From Candidatus Heimdallarchaeum endolithica (GTDB taxonomy: Archaea > Asgardarchaeota > Heimdallarchaeia > Heimdallarchaeales > Heimdallarchaeaceae): 64,000 nucleotides of DNA. How positions within the stretch are numbered: position 1 is the first letter of the stretch; every line of letters begins with the position of its first letter. This document shows, piece by piece, positions 50,515-60,908 of this stretch. The stretch spans positions 3,200,001 to 3,264,000 of the forward strand of contig CP084167.1 of the NCBI GenBank assembly GCA_021513715.1, read 5' to 3'. The notes beneath the pieces are model-generated. The model did no database searches. It worked only from the letters and a program-made list of their open reading frames with translations, and had not been told where the DNA came from. A program made the position numbers and the translations under genes.

Positions 50515-51906
50515 TTGCATTCTCTAAATGTATGTACAAAAATTTTGGAAGAAAACGGTATAAGCTATTCAATATACAACCTTGATTCTGATTCATTTAA
50601 TATAATAGATTCAAAAGTAAAAAAAAGAATAGAACAGGTAAAACAAATTGCAGAGGATTTAAAATATGTAGTAGGAATAATAGGCGGGTTTGTTCGTGAT
50701 TTGTTGCTGAAAAGACCAAGTAAAGATGTTGATTTTGTGATTATTGAAGGTGAGCTGGAAAAATTAACAGAAGAGATTTCAAGAAGATTAAATGCAAAAA
50801 AAACTATTATTCACAACCAGACCCTAACTACACAGATACGTTTTAGTGACGGAATAATATTTGAGTTCAATGCACCTAGGGTAGAAAGTTATGAACCTTT
50901 ATCTCGTATTCCAAAGGTAAGAAGAGGGACAATAATAGATGATTTAACAAGAAGAGATTTCACAATAAACTCTCTTATTCTCTTTGAAGATAAATATATA
51001 GATATATTTGATGGAAAAAAAGATCTACTTGAAGGAATTATCAGAACTACAAGAGAACCACCAATCGTTTTTGCAGAAGATTATTTGAGGATTTTTAGAG
51101 CACTAAGATTTGCATGCTTATTAGATTTTAAAATAGAAGAGAAAACAAAGAAAGGAATAATAGAGAATGCACATCAACTTAGTTTTGTAGCCAAAGAAAG
51201 AATAATTGAAGAAATAAGATTAACAGCCAAAAAGAATGTAGTTTGCTGTTTTAAGTTAATGACGGAACTAGCAATAATTCATCCTCTTTTCCCTGAATTG
51301 AAAAATGAAAAAATAAGTGATGAGCATATAATTTCTTTAAAATATGAAAAGATAGAAAAAGAACTAGAGATTATTAAACAACAAAAAGAGATTGAATATT
51401 TCCTTTGTTTTTTTGCTTTAATAATGAGAGAACAATTTATTGAAAAAGAAAATTATCTGTCAAGAATTAAATACGAATTAAAAAAATTCAAATTCTCAAA
51501 AAAAGAGATAGAAAAAATTTTAATGATTGTAAAATACTCTAATATTCTAGTACACCACACTTTTTACCCAGCTTCAAAAAAAGAGTTAAGATTATTATTA
51601 AGAGAAATATTTGAAATAAGAAAAGAAGTTATAGCAATAAATATCGCAGAAAATAAAATCCTAAAGAAGAAGAATATTCATTTAGAAAAAATAATAGAAG
51701 AGTTAAGAGAACTAAGTAAAGATGAAGAACTAATTTTTATAAAACCTGCAGTAAGAGGGGATGAATTAATGGAATTAGGAATAAAAAGAATGGAAATAAA
51801 CCAATGTAAAGAATTTTTAATACATGCTTTGATGGATGAACAGCTAGAAAATACAAAAGAAGAATGCATAAAATATATTAAACGATATTATCTGAAGAAT
51901 CAGTAG
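50515..51906 (+). CDS. Class II (bacterial/eukaryotic-type) CCA tRNA nucleotidyltransferase / poly(A) polymerase family
   Basis: GGFVRDLL..DVDF, DDLTRRDFTINSL, F.EDYLRIFRALRF. Confidence 0.9.
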   Translation: MHSLNVCTKILEENGISYSIYNLDSDSFNIIDSKVKKRIEQVKQIAEDLKYVVGIIGGFVRDLLLKRPSKDVDFVIIEGELEKLTEEISRRLNAKKTIIHNQTLTTQIRFSDGIIFEFNAPRVESYEPLSRIPKVRRGTIIDDLTRRDFTINSLILFEDKYIDIFDGKKDLLEGIIRTTREPPIVFAEDYLRIFRALRFACLLDFKIEEKTKKGIIENAHQLSFVAKERIIEEIRLTAKKNVVCCFKLMTELAIIHPLFPELKNEKISDEHIISLKYEKIEKELEIIKQQKEIEYFLCFFALIMREQFIEKENYLSRIKYELKKFKFSKKEIEKILMIVKYSNILVHHTFYPASKKELRLLLREIFEIRKEVIAINIAENKILKKKNIHLEKIIEELRELSKDEELIFIKPAVRGDELMELGIKRMEINQCKEFLIHALMDEQLENTKEECIKYIKRYYLKNQ

Positions 51907-51966
51907 TTTAAACAAAAATATGTTTTCTATGTTTTTTAAATTAGTATATTAAACCTCTAATCAAAA

Positions 51967-53886
51967 ATGAGATTTTCTGTTTTAAAAAATCCGATAACTT
52001 TTAATAGAGTAAATACTTGGTTTAATAATATGATTAAATATCAATATGATATTTCCAACTACTTAGCAATTGAAACAGCAGGAGGAGTAGATTGGCACCC
52101 AAATGAAACAAAATTAGTTTTTTCTTATAATGCTCCTGGATTATTTCAAATATTTGAAACAAAAGTAAAAGAAGGAATAACAGGAAATGCGATTCAATTA
52201 TCATCAAGCGAAAATCGTAGTACAGATCCTTGTTTCTTAAGTGATGGTACAATAGTTTTTCATAGAGACTTTGGAGGAAATGAGAATTTTCAACTCTTTG
52301 TTCTTACTAATTCAAATAAGGAACAGAAAATAACTTCTGATTATAATGCTAAACATGTTGTTCTATTTGTTTCAGAAAAATACCTATACTATAGGGCAAA
52401 TGTCACAAACAAATCCAAATTTGAAATTTTCAGGCAAAAAATCCCTGTGTTATATAATCAGCCTGAAAGGATTTTTTCTCCAGATAAGGGATTACCTGTT
52501 TCTATACTTACTGAAGACGATAATTTGTGTGCTATTGTTATTTCCTATGGCAATACAAATGAGGAAGTAATATTACTTGATATTAGCGCAGAGAAAGTAA
52601 ATAATTTAACAGAATCTCTCAAAAATGAGAAAAAGGAGACTTATCGTTGGGAGACTGTTCGTTGGATAGATGACTCGCATCTTCTTGTGGCAACTGACTT
52701 TAAAAATGATATTAACAGATTGGGTATCCTAAGTACTAATGGTAATTTTAATGAATTAAACAATTTAGAACAAAAATACGAATTTAATCTTGCTACCTAT
52801 AGGAAAGGGAGTAACAAAACTTATTTTTCTGTTAATAAAGAAGGGTTTGATGAATTATTTTGTTGTGAATTTACAACTAAAGGGGTTAAGAATTTAGAAA
52901 AAATAAACCTTCCTGCAAAGGGGGTAATATTCTATGGAGACACAAGATCGTTTTCTAGAGCTATATCTTTGTCTCATGACTGCAAATTCTTAGCTATTTC
53001 CTTTTCTTCATCAACAATTCCTTCATCACCGTGGCTAATTGACTTAGAAACAAAGAAAGTATGGCCTGCAATTGATGTGAGAACTGCAGGAATACCTTTA
53101 AACTCTTTTGTAGGATGTAAATTGGAAAGATTTTCTAGTTTTGATCAATTGTCTGTTCCTTACTTTATTTACTATCCTACTAAAGAAAAACCAAAAAGTG
53201 GTTTTCCTGTTTTGATACTTGTTCATGGTGGACCAGAATCTCAAATAAGACCTTATTTTAATCCGGTTATACAATTTTTTGTTGCTGCTGGATATGTTGT
53301 AGCAACGCCAAATATTAGAGGAAGCTCAGGATATGGAAGAAAATATATGGATCTTGATAATGTAGAAAAAAGGTTAGATTCAATAAAAGACATTGCATTT
53401 CTCGCTAATGAATTAAAAAAGAATGAGAAAATAGATCCATCAAAGCTAGTTGTCTATGGAGCAAGCTATGGAGGATTTGCAGTTTTATCTTCTTTGACAG
53501 AATACCCTGATATATGGGCTGCAGGAGTGGATATTGTGGGAATATCCAATTTTGTTACTTTTCTACAAAATACAGCTAGTTGGAGAAGAAAATTGCGAGA
53601 AGCTGAATACGGTAGCCTTGAAAAAGACTTGGAAGTACTAAAATCTATTAGTCCTATTAACAAAATAGATAGAATCCAAGCTCCTTTGTTTATTATCCAT
53701 GGAGACAATGATGAACGTGTTCCTCTATCTGAAACATTACAAATGTATGAAAAAATGAAACAAAAAGGATTGAATGTGGCTCTTCTTCGTTTTTCAGATG
53801 AAGGACATGGAATAACAAAATTACCTAATAAAATCAAAGCTTATACTAAAATCCTTGAATGGTTAAATACCTTGCTGAAAAATTAA
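51967..53886 (+). CDS. S9-family (acylaminoacyl/prolyl oligo-) peptidase
   Basis: VHGGP, GASYGG, HGDNDERVP, DEGHG. Confidence 0.95.
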   Translation: MRFSVLKNPITFNRVNTWFNNMIKYQYDISNYLAIETAGGVDWHPNETKLVFSYNAPGLFQIFETKVKEGITGNAIQLSSSENRSTDPCFLSDGTIVFHRDFGGNENFQLFVLTNSNKEQKITSDYNAKHVVLFVSEKYLYYRANVTNKSKFEIFRQKIPVLYNQPERIFSPDKGLPVSILTEDDNLCAIVISYGNTNEEVILLDISAEKVNNLTESLKNEKKETYRWETVRWIDDSHLLVATDFKNDINRLGILSTNGNFNELNNLEQKYEFNLATYRKGSNKTYFSVNKEGFDELFCCEFTTKGVKNLEKINLPAKGVIFYGDTRSFSRAISLSHDCKFLAISFSSSTIPSSPWLIDLETKKVWPAIDVRTAGIPLNSFVGCKLERFSSFDQLSVPYFIYYPTKEKPKSGFPVLILVHGGPESQIRPYFNPVIQFFVAAGYVVATPNIRGSSGYGRKYMDLDNVEKRLDSIKDIAFLANELKKNEKIDPSKLVVYGASYGGFAVLSSLTEYPDIWAAGVDIVGISNFVTFLQNTASWRRKLREAEYGSLEKDLEVLKSISPINKIDRIQAPLFIIHGDNDERVPLSETLQMYEKMKQKGLNVALLRFSDEGHGITKLPNKIKAYTKILEWLNTLLKN

Positions 53887-54062
53887 CCTTTCATACTTTT
53901 TTTCTTCTACTACTTTTATGCTTTAGAAATTGATTATTTTTTATGCTTTAAGCGGAAGACTTAAATTTCTTTCGTTTTTATACATTAATGTTATATGACC
54001 GTTTTAGCCGCCTAAACGGCAGAATACGAGTTTTTTTATTTGTTTTTTTAAAAACTTTTTCC

Positions 54063-54076
54063 AAAACTTTTATATA
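54063..54076 (+). promoter_or_regulatory. BRE/TATA box upstream of tfb
   Basis: AAAAC-TTTTATATA about 175 nt upstream of the tfb start. Confidence 0.5.
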
Positions 54077-54249
54077 CTATAATCGCAATTTAAATTACGG
54101 ACACCTAAAGTGGTTATGGCAGATTGGTTCTCTATTTTAGCTAGGAGAAGAAAGTAAAGAAGAGGAAAGAATGTACTAGGGTAGAGGAAGGATTCAAACA
54201 TTAGTAGAATAATATAGAGAATCACACAGAAGCTTTAGTGTTTAAATAG

Positions 54250-55203
54250 GTGATAGAAAGAATGAGTCATAGTAATTCATCTAGTGGATATGAAGAGGAG
54301 CAAATAACATGTCCTGAGTGTGGAAGTACTGATGTGGTATTAGATCAAACAAGAGGAGAGCATATTTGTAGAGAATGTGGAACAGTAGTGGAGGACAAGT
54401 TAATTGATGATGGGCCAGAGTGGAGGGCATTTACTGCAGAAGAGCGTTCAAAACGTTCAAGAGTTGGTTCTCCCACAACAATCACAATTCATGATAAAGG
54501 TTTAAGTACACAGATTGGATGGGAAGACAGAGACGTTTATGGTAAAAAATTATCTCCTAAAAGACGTGCTCAAATTTATCGTCTTCGTAAATGGCAAATA
54601 CGAACAAGAGTGCATAGTTCAATCGATAGAAATCTAGCTTATGCAATGTCTGAACTCGATAGATTAGCTTCTCAATTAGGACTTCCTAGAAGTGTAAATG
54701 AAACAGCTGCAAATATATATAGAAAAGCAATTGAGAAGAGACTGATCAGAGGACGTTCAATAGAAGCAATGATTGGTGCTACAGCCTATGCAGGGGCAAG
54801 AATAAGACGTGTTCCCCGGACTTTAGATGAGATAGCTCGCCATTCCAGAATTTCGAAGAAAGAACTGGGAAGGTGTTACAGGTTAATTATTCGTGAGTTG
54901 AATATTAAAATACCTTTAGCAAACCCAAGAGATTATATTGTACGTTTTGCTGCAGAATTAAGATTGAGTGGGAAGACTTCCCAAAAAGCTGTAGAATTGT
55001 TGGAAAGAGCTAAAGAGCACAATTTAACAGCAGGAAAAGATCCAACAGGTTTAGCTGCTGCAGCAATCTATATAGCTGGAATCACAGAAGGAGAACGAAG
55101 AACTCAAAGGGAAATAGCTGAAACTGCTACTGTAACAGAGGTTACTGTAAGAAACAGGTACAAAGAACTTGTTAGAAAATTAAACATAGAAGTAACAATA
55201 TAA
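54250..55203 (+). CDS. tfb: Transcription initiation factor IIB
   Basis: CPECG..CRECG Zn ribbon, GPEWRAF, two cyclin repeats, VTEVTVRNRYKEL. Confidence 0.98.
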   Translation: MIERMSHSNSSSGYEEEQITCPECGSTDVVLDQTRGEHICRECGTVVEDKLIDDGPEWRAFTAEERSKRSRVGSPTTITIHDKGLSTQIGWEDRDVYGKKLSPKRRAQIYRLRKWQIRTRVHSSIDRNLAYAMSELDRLASQLGLPRSVNETAANIYRKAIEKRLIRGRSIEAMIGATAYAGARIRRVPRTLDEIARHSRISKKELGRCYRLIIRELNIKIPLANPRDYIVRFAAELRLSGKTSQKAVELLERAKEHNLTAGKDPTGLAAAAIYIAGITEGERRTQREIAETATVTEVTVRNRYKELVRKLNIEVTI

Positions 55204-55289
55204 AAGTACAAAACATTCATAATATGTATTTGCTCTTTTTTTCTCTCTCTTTTTTCAAAGAATTTAATAATATAGTTGATTTTCTGTAA

Positions 55290-56831
55290 ATGAGCTTTAT
55301 GACTGAAGAAAATAGAATAGAAAAAATAATAGATGTTTGTCTCCGTCGAGGTTTTGTTAATCAATCTGCTGAAATTTATGGTGGATCTTCTGGTTTTTTT
55401 GATTTGGGGCCATTAGGAACTCTAATGCGCCAAAAATTGGTGGATTTTTGGAGACAACTATTTGTACTTGATAATGATAATATCTTTGAAATTGATGGTT
55501 CTTTACTCCTTCCTGAAAGCGTCTTTAAAGCTTCTGGACATTTAGACTCCTTTGAAGATCCTCTAATTCAATGTAAAAGTTGCAAATCTATGTATCGTGC
55601 AGACCATATAATTGCTCAGAATACAGGAATAAGCGCTGAAGGTTTGTCTTTAGAAGAACTTGATAAAATTGTTGAAGAAAATAAAATTGTCTGTCCAAGT
55701 TGTAAGGGAGAACTTGACAAAGCAAGGCAGTTTAATTTAATGTTTAGTACTGGGATTGGGCCTGTAAGTGGTAATAAAGGTTACCTTAGACCAGAAACAG
55801 CACAAAATATTTTTGTTAACTTTAAACGTTATGCCTCCTTTATGAGGAATAAACTTCCTTTTGGAATTGCACAAGTCGGTAAATCTTTTAGAAATGAGAT
55901 TTCTCCTAGGAACTTTCTCATAAGAGTTAGAGAATTTGAACAAATGGAAATAGAAATGTTCTTTGATCCAGAAATGGCAAATAAGTTTTCTCTTTTTGAT
56001 TTTGTTGAAGATGTTGAAATTAACATTGTTACAAAAGAAATGCAAGAAAAAGAATGGTCCAAACCTCTATCTATGAGTGTTAAAGACGCTGTTGAAAAAA
56101 GAATAATACCTAATCAAGTTATGGGTTACTTTATTGCTATGGAGAGTGAAATGTTACAAGCATTAGGTATCCCTAAAGAATCATTCTGGTTTAGATTTAT
56201 GCTACCGCATGAGACTCCACATTATTCTGGCGGTAATCTTGATCTTGAAGTAAAACTGTCTATTGGAAACGTAGAAATAATAGGGAATGCCTATAGAACT
56301 GATTATGACCTAAAGAAGCATCAAAAAGCTTCTAAATCTACTTTCACAATAGTGTCTAATAACAAGAAAGTTTTACCCCATGTCGTAGAACCATCTATGG
56401 GTGTAGGTAGAATACTTTATACAATTTTGGAATACTGCTATAGAGAAGATGAAAGTAGAACTTGGTCTTGGTTCAAATTTCCAGCATCAATAGCTCCGAT
56501 TGAAATAGCTGTTTTTCCATTAATGAAAAAAGATGGACTTGCAGAATATGCTCAAGATTTACATTTAGACCTTAAGGACGCTGGTTTTGTTTCATTTTAT
56601 GATGATTCAGGAAAAATAGGAAAAAGATATGCACGAGCAGACGAGATTGGGATATTATACTGCATAACTGTGGATTATGAAAGTTTAGAAAAAGATACAG
56701 TAACTATCAGAGATAGAGATTCAACTAAACAAGCAAGAGTACCCATTGAAGACCTTGAAGATGTTTTAGATGCACTTTTAGAAGAAGAATTAACCTTTGA
56801 AGAGCTATTAGAAAACCAGAAAAATAACTAA
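55290..56831 (+). CDS. glyS: Glycyl-tRNA synthetase (alpha2 type)
   Basis: LRPETAQ, GKSFRNEISPR, REFEQME, HVVEPSMG, IGKRYARADEIG. Confidence 0.96.
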   Translation: MSFMTEENRIEKIIDVCLRRGFVNQSAEIYGGSSGFFDLGPLGTLMRQKLVDFWRQLFVLDNDNIFEIDGSLLLPESVFKASGHLDSFEDPLIQCKSCKSMYRADHIIAQNTGISAEGLSLEELDKIVEENKIVCPSCKGELDKARQFNLMFSTGIGPVSGNKGYLRPETAQNIFVNFKRYASFMRNKLPFGIAQVGKSFRNEISPRNFLIRVREFEQMEIEMFFDPEMANKFSLFDFVEDVEINIVTKEMQEKEWSKPLSMSVKDAVEKRIIPNQVMGYFIAMESEMLQALGIPKESFWFRFMLPHETPHYSGGNLDLEVKLSIGNVEIIGNAYRTDYDLKKHQKASKSTFTIVSNNKKVLPHVVEPSMGVGRILYTILEYCYREDESRTWSWFKFPASIAPIEIAVFPLMKKDGLAEYAQDLHLDLKDAGFVSFYDDSGKIGKRYARADEIGILYCITVDYESLEKDTVTIRDRDSTKQARVPIEDLEDVLDALLEEELTFEELLENQKNN

Positions 56832-56900
56832 TAGAGCAATAAACTTAAACCTTAAAAACAATGTAATAAATGTCAAATTGAATTATAGAAAGTGAGTAGA

Positions 56901-57047
56901 ATGACCAAATATATCTGCCAAAATTGTAAAACAGAAATCACACCTAATGATTTAAGACTTCTTCCAGGTGTAAAGTGTCCTAAATGCAGTCATAGAATAT
57001 TAATTAAGAAACGTTCTCTTATTGCCAAACCAGTAAAAGCAAGATAA
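56901..57047 (+). CDS. rpo12: RNA polymerase subunit Rpo12 (P)
   Basis: Below the ORF-track cutoff: MTKYICQNCK...VKCPKCSHRILIKKRSLIAKPVKAR*. Confidence 0.92.
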   Translation: MTKYICQNCKTEITPNDLRLLPGVKCPKCSHRILIKKRSLIAKPVKAR

Positions 57048-57097
57048 TCTTCTTTTTATCCTTATTTTTTTATTTAGTCTATTTAGTCTATTTTTTA

Positions 57098-58699
57098 TTA
57101 TAGAAGTTCAATGACTTCAGCTTTTACTAGTTTATCAGAAAGAACATCAGTTATTTTGACTTTTGCTATTCTTTTAATAATATCACTTTTATATTCAATA
57201 CTTATTGCAGGTCCGGCATTGATAAAATAACCTATGTAAGTATTCTCTCTTTTGAAATCTCTCTCTGAAATAATAACGGTTGCAGTTTTTCCAACCAATT
57301 TCTTCTTTTTTTCTCTATTGAATGAAATTATAGTTTGTTTTAATTCTTCACGCTTTTTATGTAAGAGATATCTTTCAGGAGGAGAAAAAACTTTCATTTT
57401 GGTAAAAGGGCTGTTAGGAAGAGCTAAGTATTTGTAAACTGTGACTTTATCAGCAACAGACCATAAATGATTTCTTACTACATCGATTGTTTTTTCTAAA
57501 GCTAAAACTGTTTCTCCTGGCAAAGAATGAATGAGATAAATTTGTGGTCTTAAACCTGCCTTTGTTAATAGTTTAGAAGCTTCTATTGCTTTTTTTGGAG
57601 AAGAAGGTCTTCCTAATTTTCTACTTAGATCTTCATCAAAAGTTTCACAACCTATAGATATTGGAGTGTTAGGAAGATATTTACCTAGAATTTCAACTAC
57701 TTGTTTATTTACTAGGGTGGGTTTGACATTTTCAATAATAATAGACCTATTTGGCTTTTCATCTCTTATTTCAGCTAGTTCAGAAAGAAGTTGTTCAATT
57801 GCTTGAGTATTAGGCTCAGGAAAGGATGCAGAAACAACACCACCATCTTTTCCTCTCATATAATCTAAAAACCCAGGTGCAGAAAGAACTATTCTATTTA
57901 CTCCTAAATTGAATAATTCTCTAATCTCTTTTACAATTAGCTCGTGAGGGCGACTAACTGGGGCTCCAAAAGTTGAGGGGACACTGCAAAAGCCACAACC
58001 TGGAGGAATATTAGCTGGGCAGTCTACTAGCTCTACTTCTTTCTCTTCAGAGTCAGAACAAAACCCACAATCAGGACATAGACCTTTTTCCCGCACTAAT
58101 GTTCCTCGTAGAAAGTTTGAACATCCTCTAACAGTTTCTACATAAACTCTAGCAAACCAGTACTCTTCATAGTCTGTAATAGCTCTGGTAGAAGGATAAT
58201 AATTAAAAATGTAATAGTCTGTTGATCTCTTCTCTTTTAAAAGATAAAACCTTCCAATTTTTTCTATTACAAACTGTTCTCTGTAATTTTCTACAAAACT
58301 TTGTATATTAAATTCAGCTTCTATTAACTTATCAAGAAATAATTCACCTTGTCCTTGAACAGCTGCAGTGATTTTTAGCTCGGAGATATGTTTAATATCA
58401 GAAGTAATAGGTCCTCCTACAAAAATCTTGGGTTGCATTACTTCTTCTTTTAGTTTTTTTACTATTTCTCTTATAGCAATTAAGTCTACACTCATTCCAC
58501 TAACTAAAAAGGCATTAAAAGAAGTTAAGTCATAGTTATGATTTTTAGAAAGTAAATCTTCTGCTCTAATTATCTTAGAGTAAATATTTTTGGATTCACA
58601 AATGCCTGCAAGTAGTCTTGGTCCTACTCCAATTACATCTCTTGTAAATTTTCTTTTTCCATCATTTGAAGCAAGAGCATCAATAATTAGAATGTTCAC
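57098..58699 (-). CDS. B12-binding-domain radical SAM protein with TRAM-like C-terminus
   Basis: RDVIGVGPR, YVETVRGCSN..(Cys-rich insert)..GCGFCSVP. Confidence 0.85.
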   Translation of the reverse strand: MNILIIDALASNDGKRKFTRDVIGVGPRLLAGICESKNIYSKIIRAEDLLSKNHNYDLTSFNAFLVSGMSVDLIAIREIVKKLKEEVMQPKIFVGGPITSDIKHISELKITAAVQGQGELFLDKLIEAEFNIQSFVENYREQFVIEKIGRFYLLKEKRSTDYYIFNYYPSTRAITDYEEYWFARVYVETVRGCSNFLRGTLVREKGLCPDCGFCSDSEEKEVELVDCPANIPPGCGFCSVPSTFGAPVSRPHELIVKEIRELFNLGVNRIVLSAPGFLDYMRGKDGGVVSASFPEPNTQAIEQLLSELAEIRDEKPNRSIIIENVKPTLVNKQVVEILGKYLPNTPISIGCETFDEDLSRKLGRPSSPKKAIEASKLLTKAGLRPQIYLIHSLPGETVLALEKTIDVVRNHLWSVADKVTVYKYLALPNSPFTKMKVFSPPERYLLHKKREELKQTIISFNREKKKKLVGKTATVIISERDFKRENTYIGYFINAGPAISIEYKSDIIKRIAKVKITDVLSDKLVKAEVIELL

Positions 58700-58847
58700 G
58701 ATGGAACAATTTTTTCACATCTTAAAAAGATTAGTTTTGTTAAAGCAATTCAAAAATTAGAATTAAACAGTTTTTAAAATATTCACACTGCTTCTAAAAA
58801 ATAGAAAAAGAAAAACTATTGTTTAATTGTTGTTTTTTTGTATATTA

Positions 58848-60065
58848 TAGTACTTCCGCAATAACTTAGACTATCTCACCTCCATACAAACTTGAGCGTA
58901 AACACCTCAAGGTGAAATAGAGCGTAACAGGTCTTGAGCGTTTCAACAAAGGTTTGTTAGACGGGGGAGTGAAAAAAGGAGGGATAACAGAAGAGCGAAA
59001 ACAAACATATAAAGCGAGGACGAGAAGAGAAAAACAAAGATACAAGAACCTGACGGTGGCATTATTGGTAGTTGTAGAAACACTAATGCTCTTGAGAAGA
59101 CGGTAGGACGTCTCTATACCCCACCGATGACAATAATCGTAGATCTGTTGCTCTGAAGAAATATGCCAACTGATACAAACAAACCAGTCTTTCCGCTTTG
59201 GGAGCCAATAAGCATGCAACATAACTTCTGTAGTTTCACCTTGCACACTTTTCATAGTGTAAGGAACAGAAGTTATTTTACCTGTTTTAGGAAAGTTTTC
59301 CAGGTATGACCTAATCTTCTTATTTTTCCGCGCTCCAATGACGAAAGGAATAGTGTAGGCTTGTAGTAGTTTCACTACTTCAACAGAATAGAAACCTCTA
59401 TCTGCATACAACACCTTTATGTTCCTGTTTTTAAGACTAAACTTGTTGAAGAGCGATTCTAATAGTCCCTCTTTAGAATCAAAAGTTGACACGGGAAATG
59501 CACCTAAAGGAAGAGCACCATAAGGTGATTTGACTGTTGAAACCGTGATATATCGATAAAACCATTCATTTTTATACTGGTGAATATACTCATCTCTTCT
59601 TTTCCCATAATATCGTATGTCCATCGTGTCTACTGCTAGTATTAATGGACTCTTTATTTTCTTCTTTCTTTTCAATAGTTCCCCACACTGCTGAAATGAA
59701 GAGATGAAAACCTCTGATATGCCGTTTATATCCAATTTGTTCAAGTGATAACGTATTGTATCTCCGTCTTTAGTCGAAAATTGTTCAGCTGACTGCTCGA
59801 TAGATGTTTGTTCCACCACTGCTCCCATGACGGTCTTCTTAACCTCTTCTTTTGTTTCTCCTCTTTTCCTCTGTCCTTTGTGTGGAAAATCCATCTTTCT
59901 TATCCAGTGACAAACTTTTATACTTGTTTTCCTATCTTCTCTTGTGGGTTGAAAGCGTTTTTCTAAAAAACTTTTGACCGATTTTAATAAGCTGAAGTTA
60001 GAATTGTTCATATTATTATTGTCGGGCTTTCAACCCATAACTTTTACGATAATTCGGAAGTACTA
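58848..60065 (-). mobile_element. Intact ISH3/IS4-like insertion sequence
   Basis: Terminal IRs TAGTACTTCCG(C/A)A(A/T)TA; 6-bp direct repeat ATATTA at 58842-58847 and 60066-60071. Confidence 0.9.
58866..60011 (-). CDS. DDE transposase (ISH3/IS4-like)
   Basis: LAVDTMDIRYYG, LYADRGFYS, Y..RWGIETSYR. Confidence 0.93.
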   Translation of the reverse strand: MNNSNFSLLKSVKSFLEKRFQPTREDRKTSIKVCHWIRKMDFPHKGQRKRGETKEEVKKTVMGAVVEQTSIEQSAEQFSTKDGDTIRYHLNKLDINGISEVFISSFQQCGELLKRKKKIKSPLILAVDTMDIRYYGKRRDEYIHQYKNEWFYRYITVSTVKSPYGALPLGAFPVSTFDSKEGLLESLFNKFSLKNRNIKVLYADRGFYSVEVVKLLQAYTIPFVIGARKNKKIRSYLENFPKTGKITSVPYTMKSVQGETTEVMLHAYWLPKRKDWFVCISWHISSEQQIYDYCHRWGIETSYRLLKSISVSTTTNNATVRFLYLCFSLLVLALYVCFRSSVIPPFFTPPSNKPLLKRSRPVTLYFTLRCLRSSLYGGEIV

Positions 60066-60111
60066 ATATTAACAAAAAAATATAAAAAGGATTGAAAGTA
60101 ACTTTTTATGA

Positions 60112-60423
60112 ATGGAAGAAGATTTGTGTCCAGTATGTGGTTTACCTCACGACTTGTGTGTCTGTGAGGGTTTAGCAAAAGAAGTACAGATAATAAGAGT
60201 TTATTTAGAAAAAAGACGATATGGCAAGAATTATACTTGTATATCGGGAATTGATCCAAAAGAAGTTGACCTGGGATCTTTAGCGAAAAAACTTAAGACC
60301 CAGCTTGCGTGTGGAGGAACGTATAAAGATGGAAGAATTGAGTTGCAAGGAGATCACAGATTTAAGATAAAAGATTTGCTTGTAAATGCAGGTTTTCCCG
60401 CTGAAAATATAGAAGTACAATAA
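60112..60423 (+). CDS. sui1: Translation initiation factor aIF1/SUI1
   Basis: CPVCGLP..LCVC, LACGGT, IELQGDH. Confidence 0.96.
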   Translation: MEEDLCPVCGLPHDLCVCEGLAKEVQIIRVYLEKRRYGKNYTCISGIDPKEVDLGSLAKKLKTQLACGGTYKDGRIELQGDHRFKIKDLLVNAGFPAENIEVQ

Positions 60424-60605
60424 TAATACAATCTCTTTTTTATTTTTATTTTTGTTTTACTGCTCTTTCAGTACAGTTCTTAAAAACAAACAATAGAAGG
60501 AAAATATATGTATAAATTTGAACCAAAATAGTGCAAGTTTAATTTTAAGAAAGCTCTATACTCATATTTTTAAATTGAATAGTATTACTTTTTTTTAGTC
60601 ATAAA

Positions 60606-60866
60606 GTGTTTTCTATGAAGAAGAAAAAGAAAGAAAAAAAAGAAAAGTCAATAAGAGATAGAGTAGAAGTTTGCCCTATCTGTTTCTCAATAGTGAAAAG
60701 ATCTCCACAAATCTTTGATGTTAATAGCACCTTTCACTGTACTAATAGTGATTGTGGTTGGAGTGGTTCTTTTGCTGTTGAAGTGGATATTGATGATTAT
60801 AAGCAGTTTCTTGTAGATAAACAAAAAAATAATGGTGCTAATAAAAATAGTAGAGATGAACCATAA
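60606..60866 (+). CDS. Small zinc-finger protein
   Basis: CPIC...C....CGWSG. Confidence 0.7.
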   Translation: MFSMKKKKKEKKEKSIRDRVEVCPICFSIVKRSPQIFDVNSTFHCTNSDCGWSGSFAVEVDIDDYKQFLVDKQKNNGANKNSRDEP

Positions 60867-60908
60867 ATTTATTTGATACTTTAGTATAAAAAGAACAGAG
60901 AGATAAAA

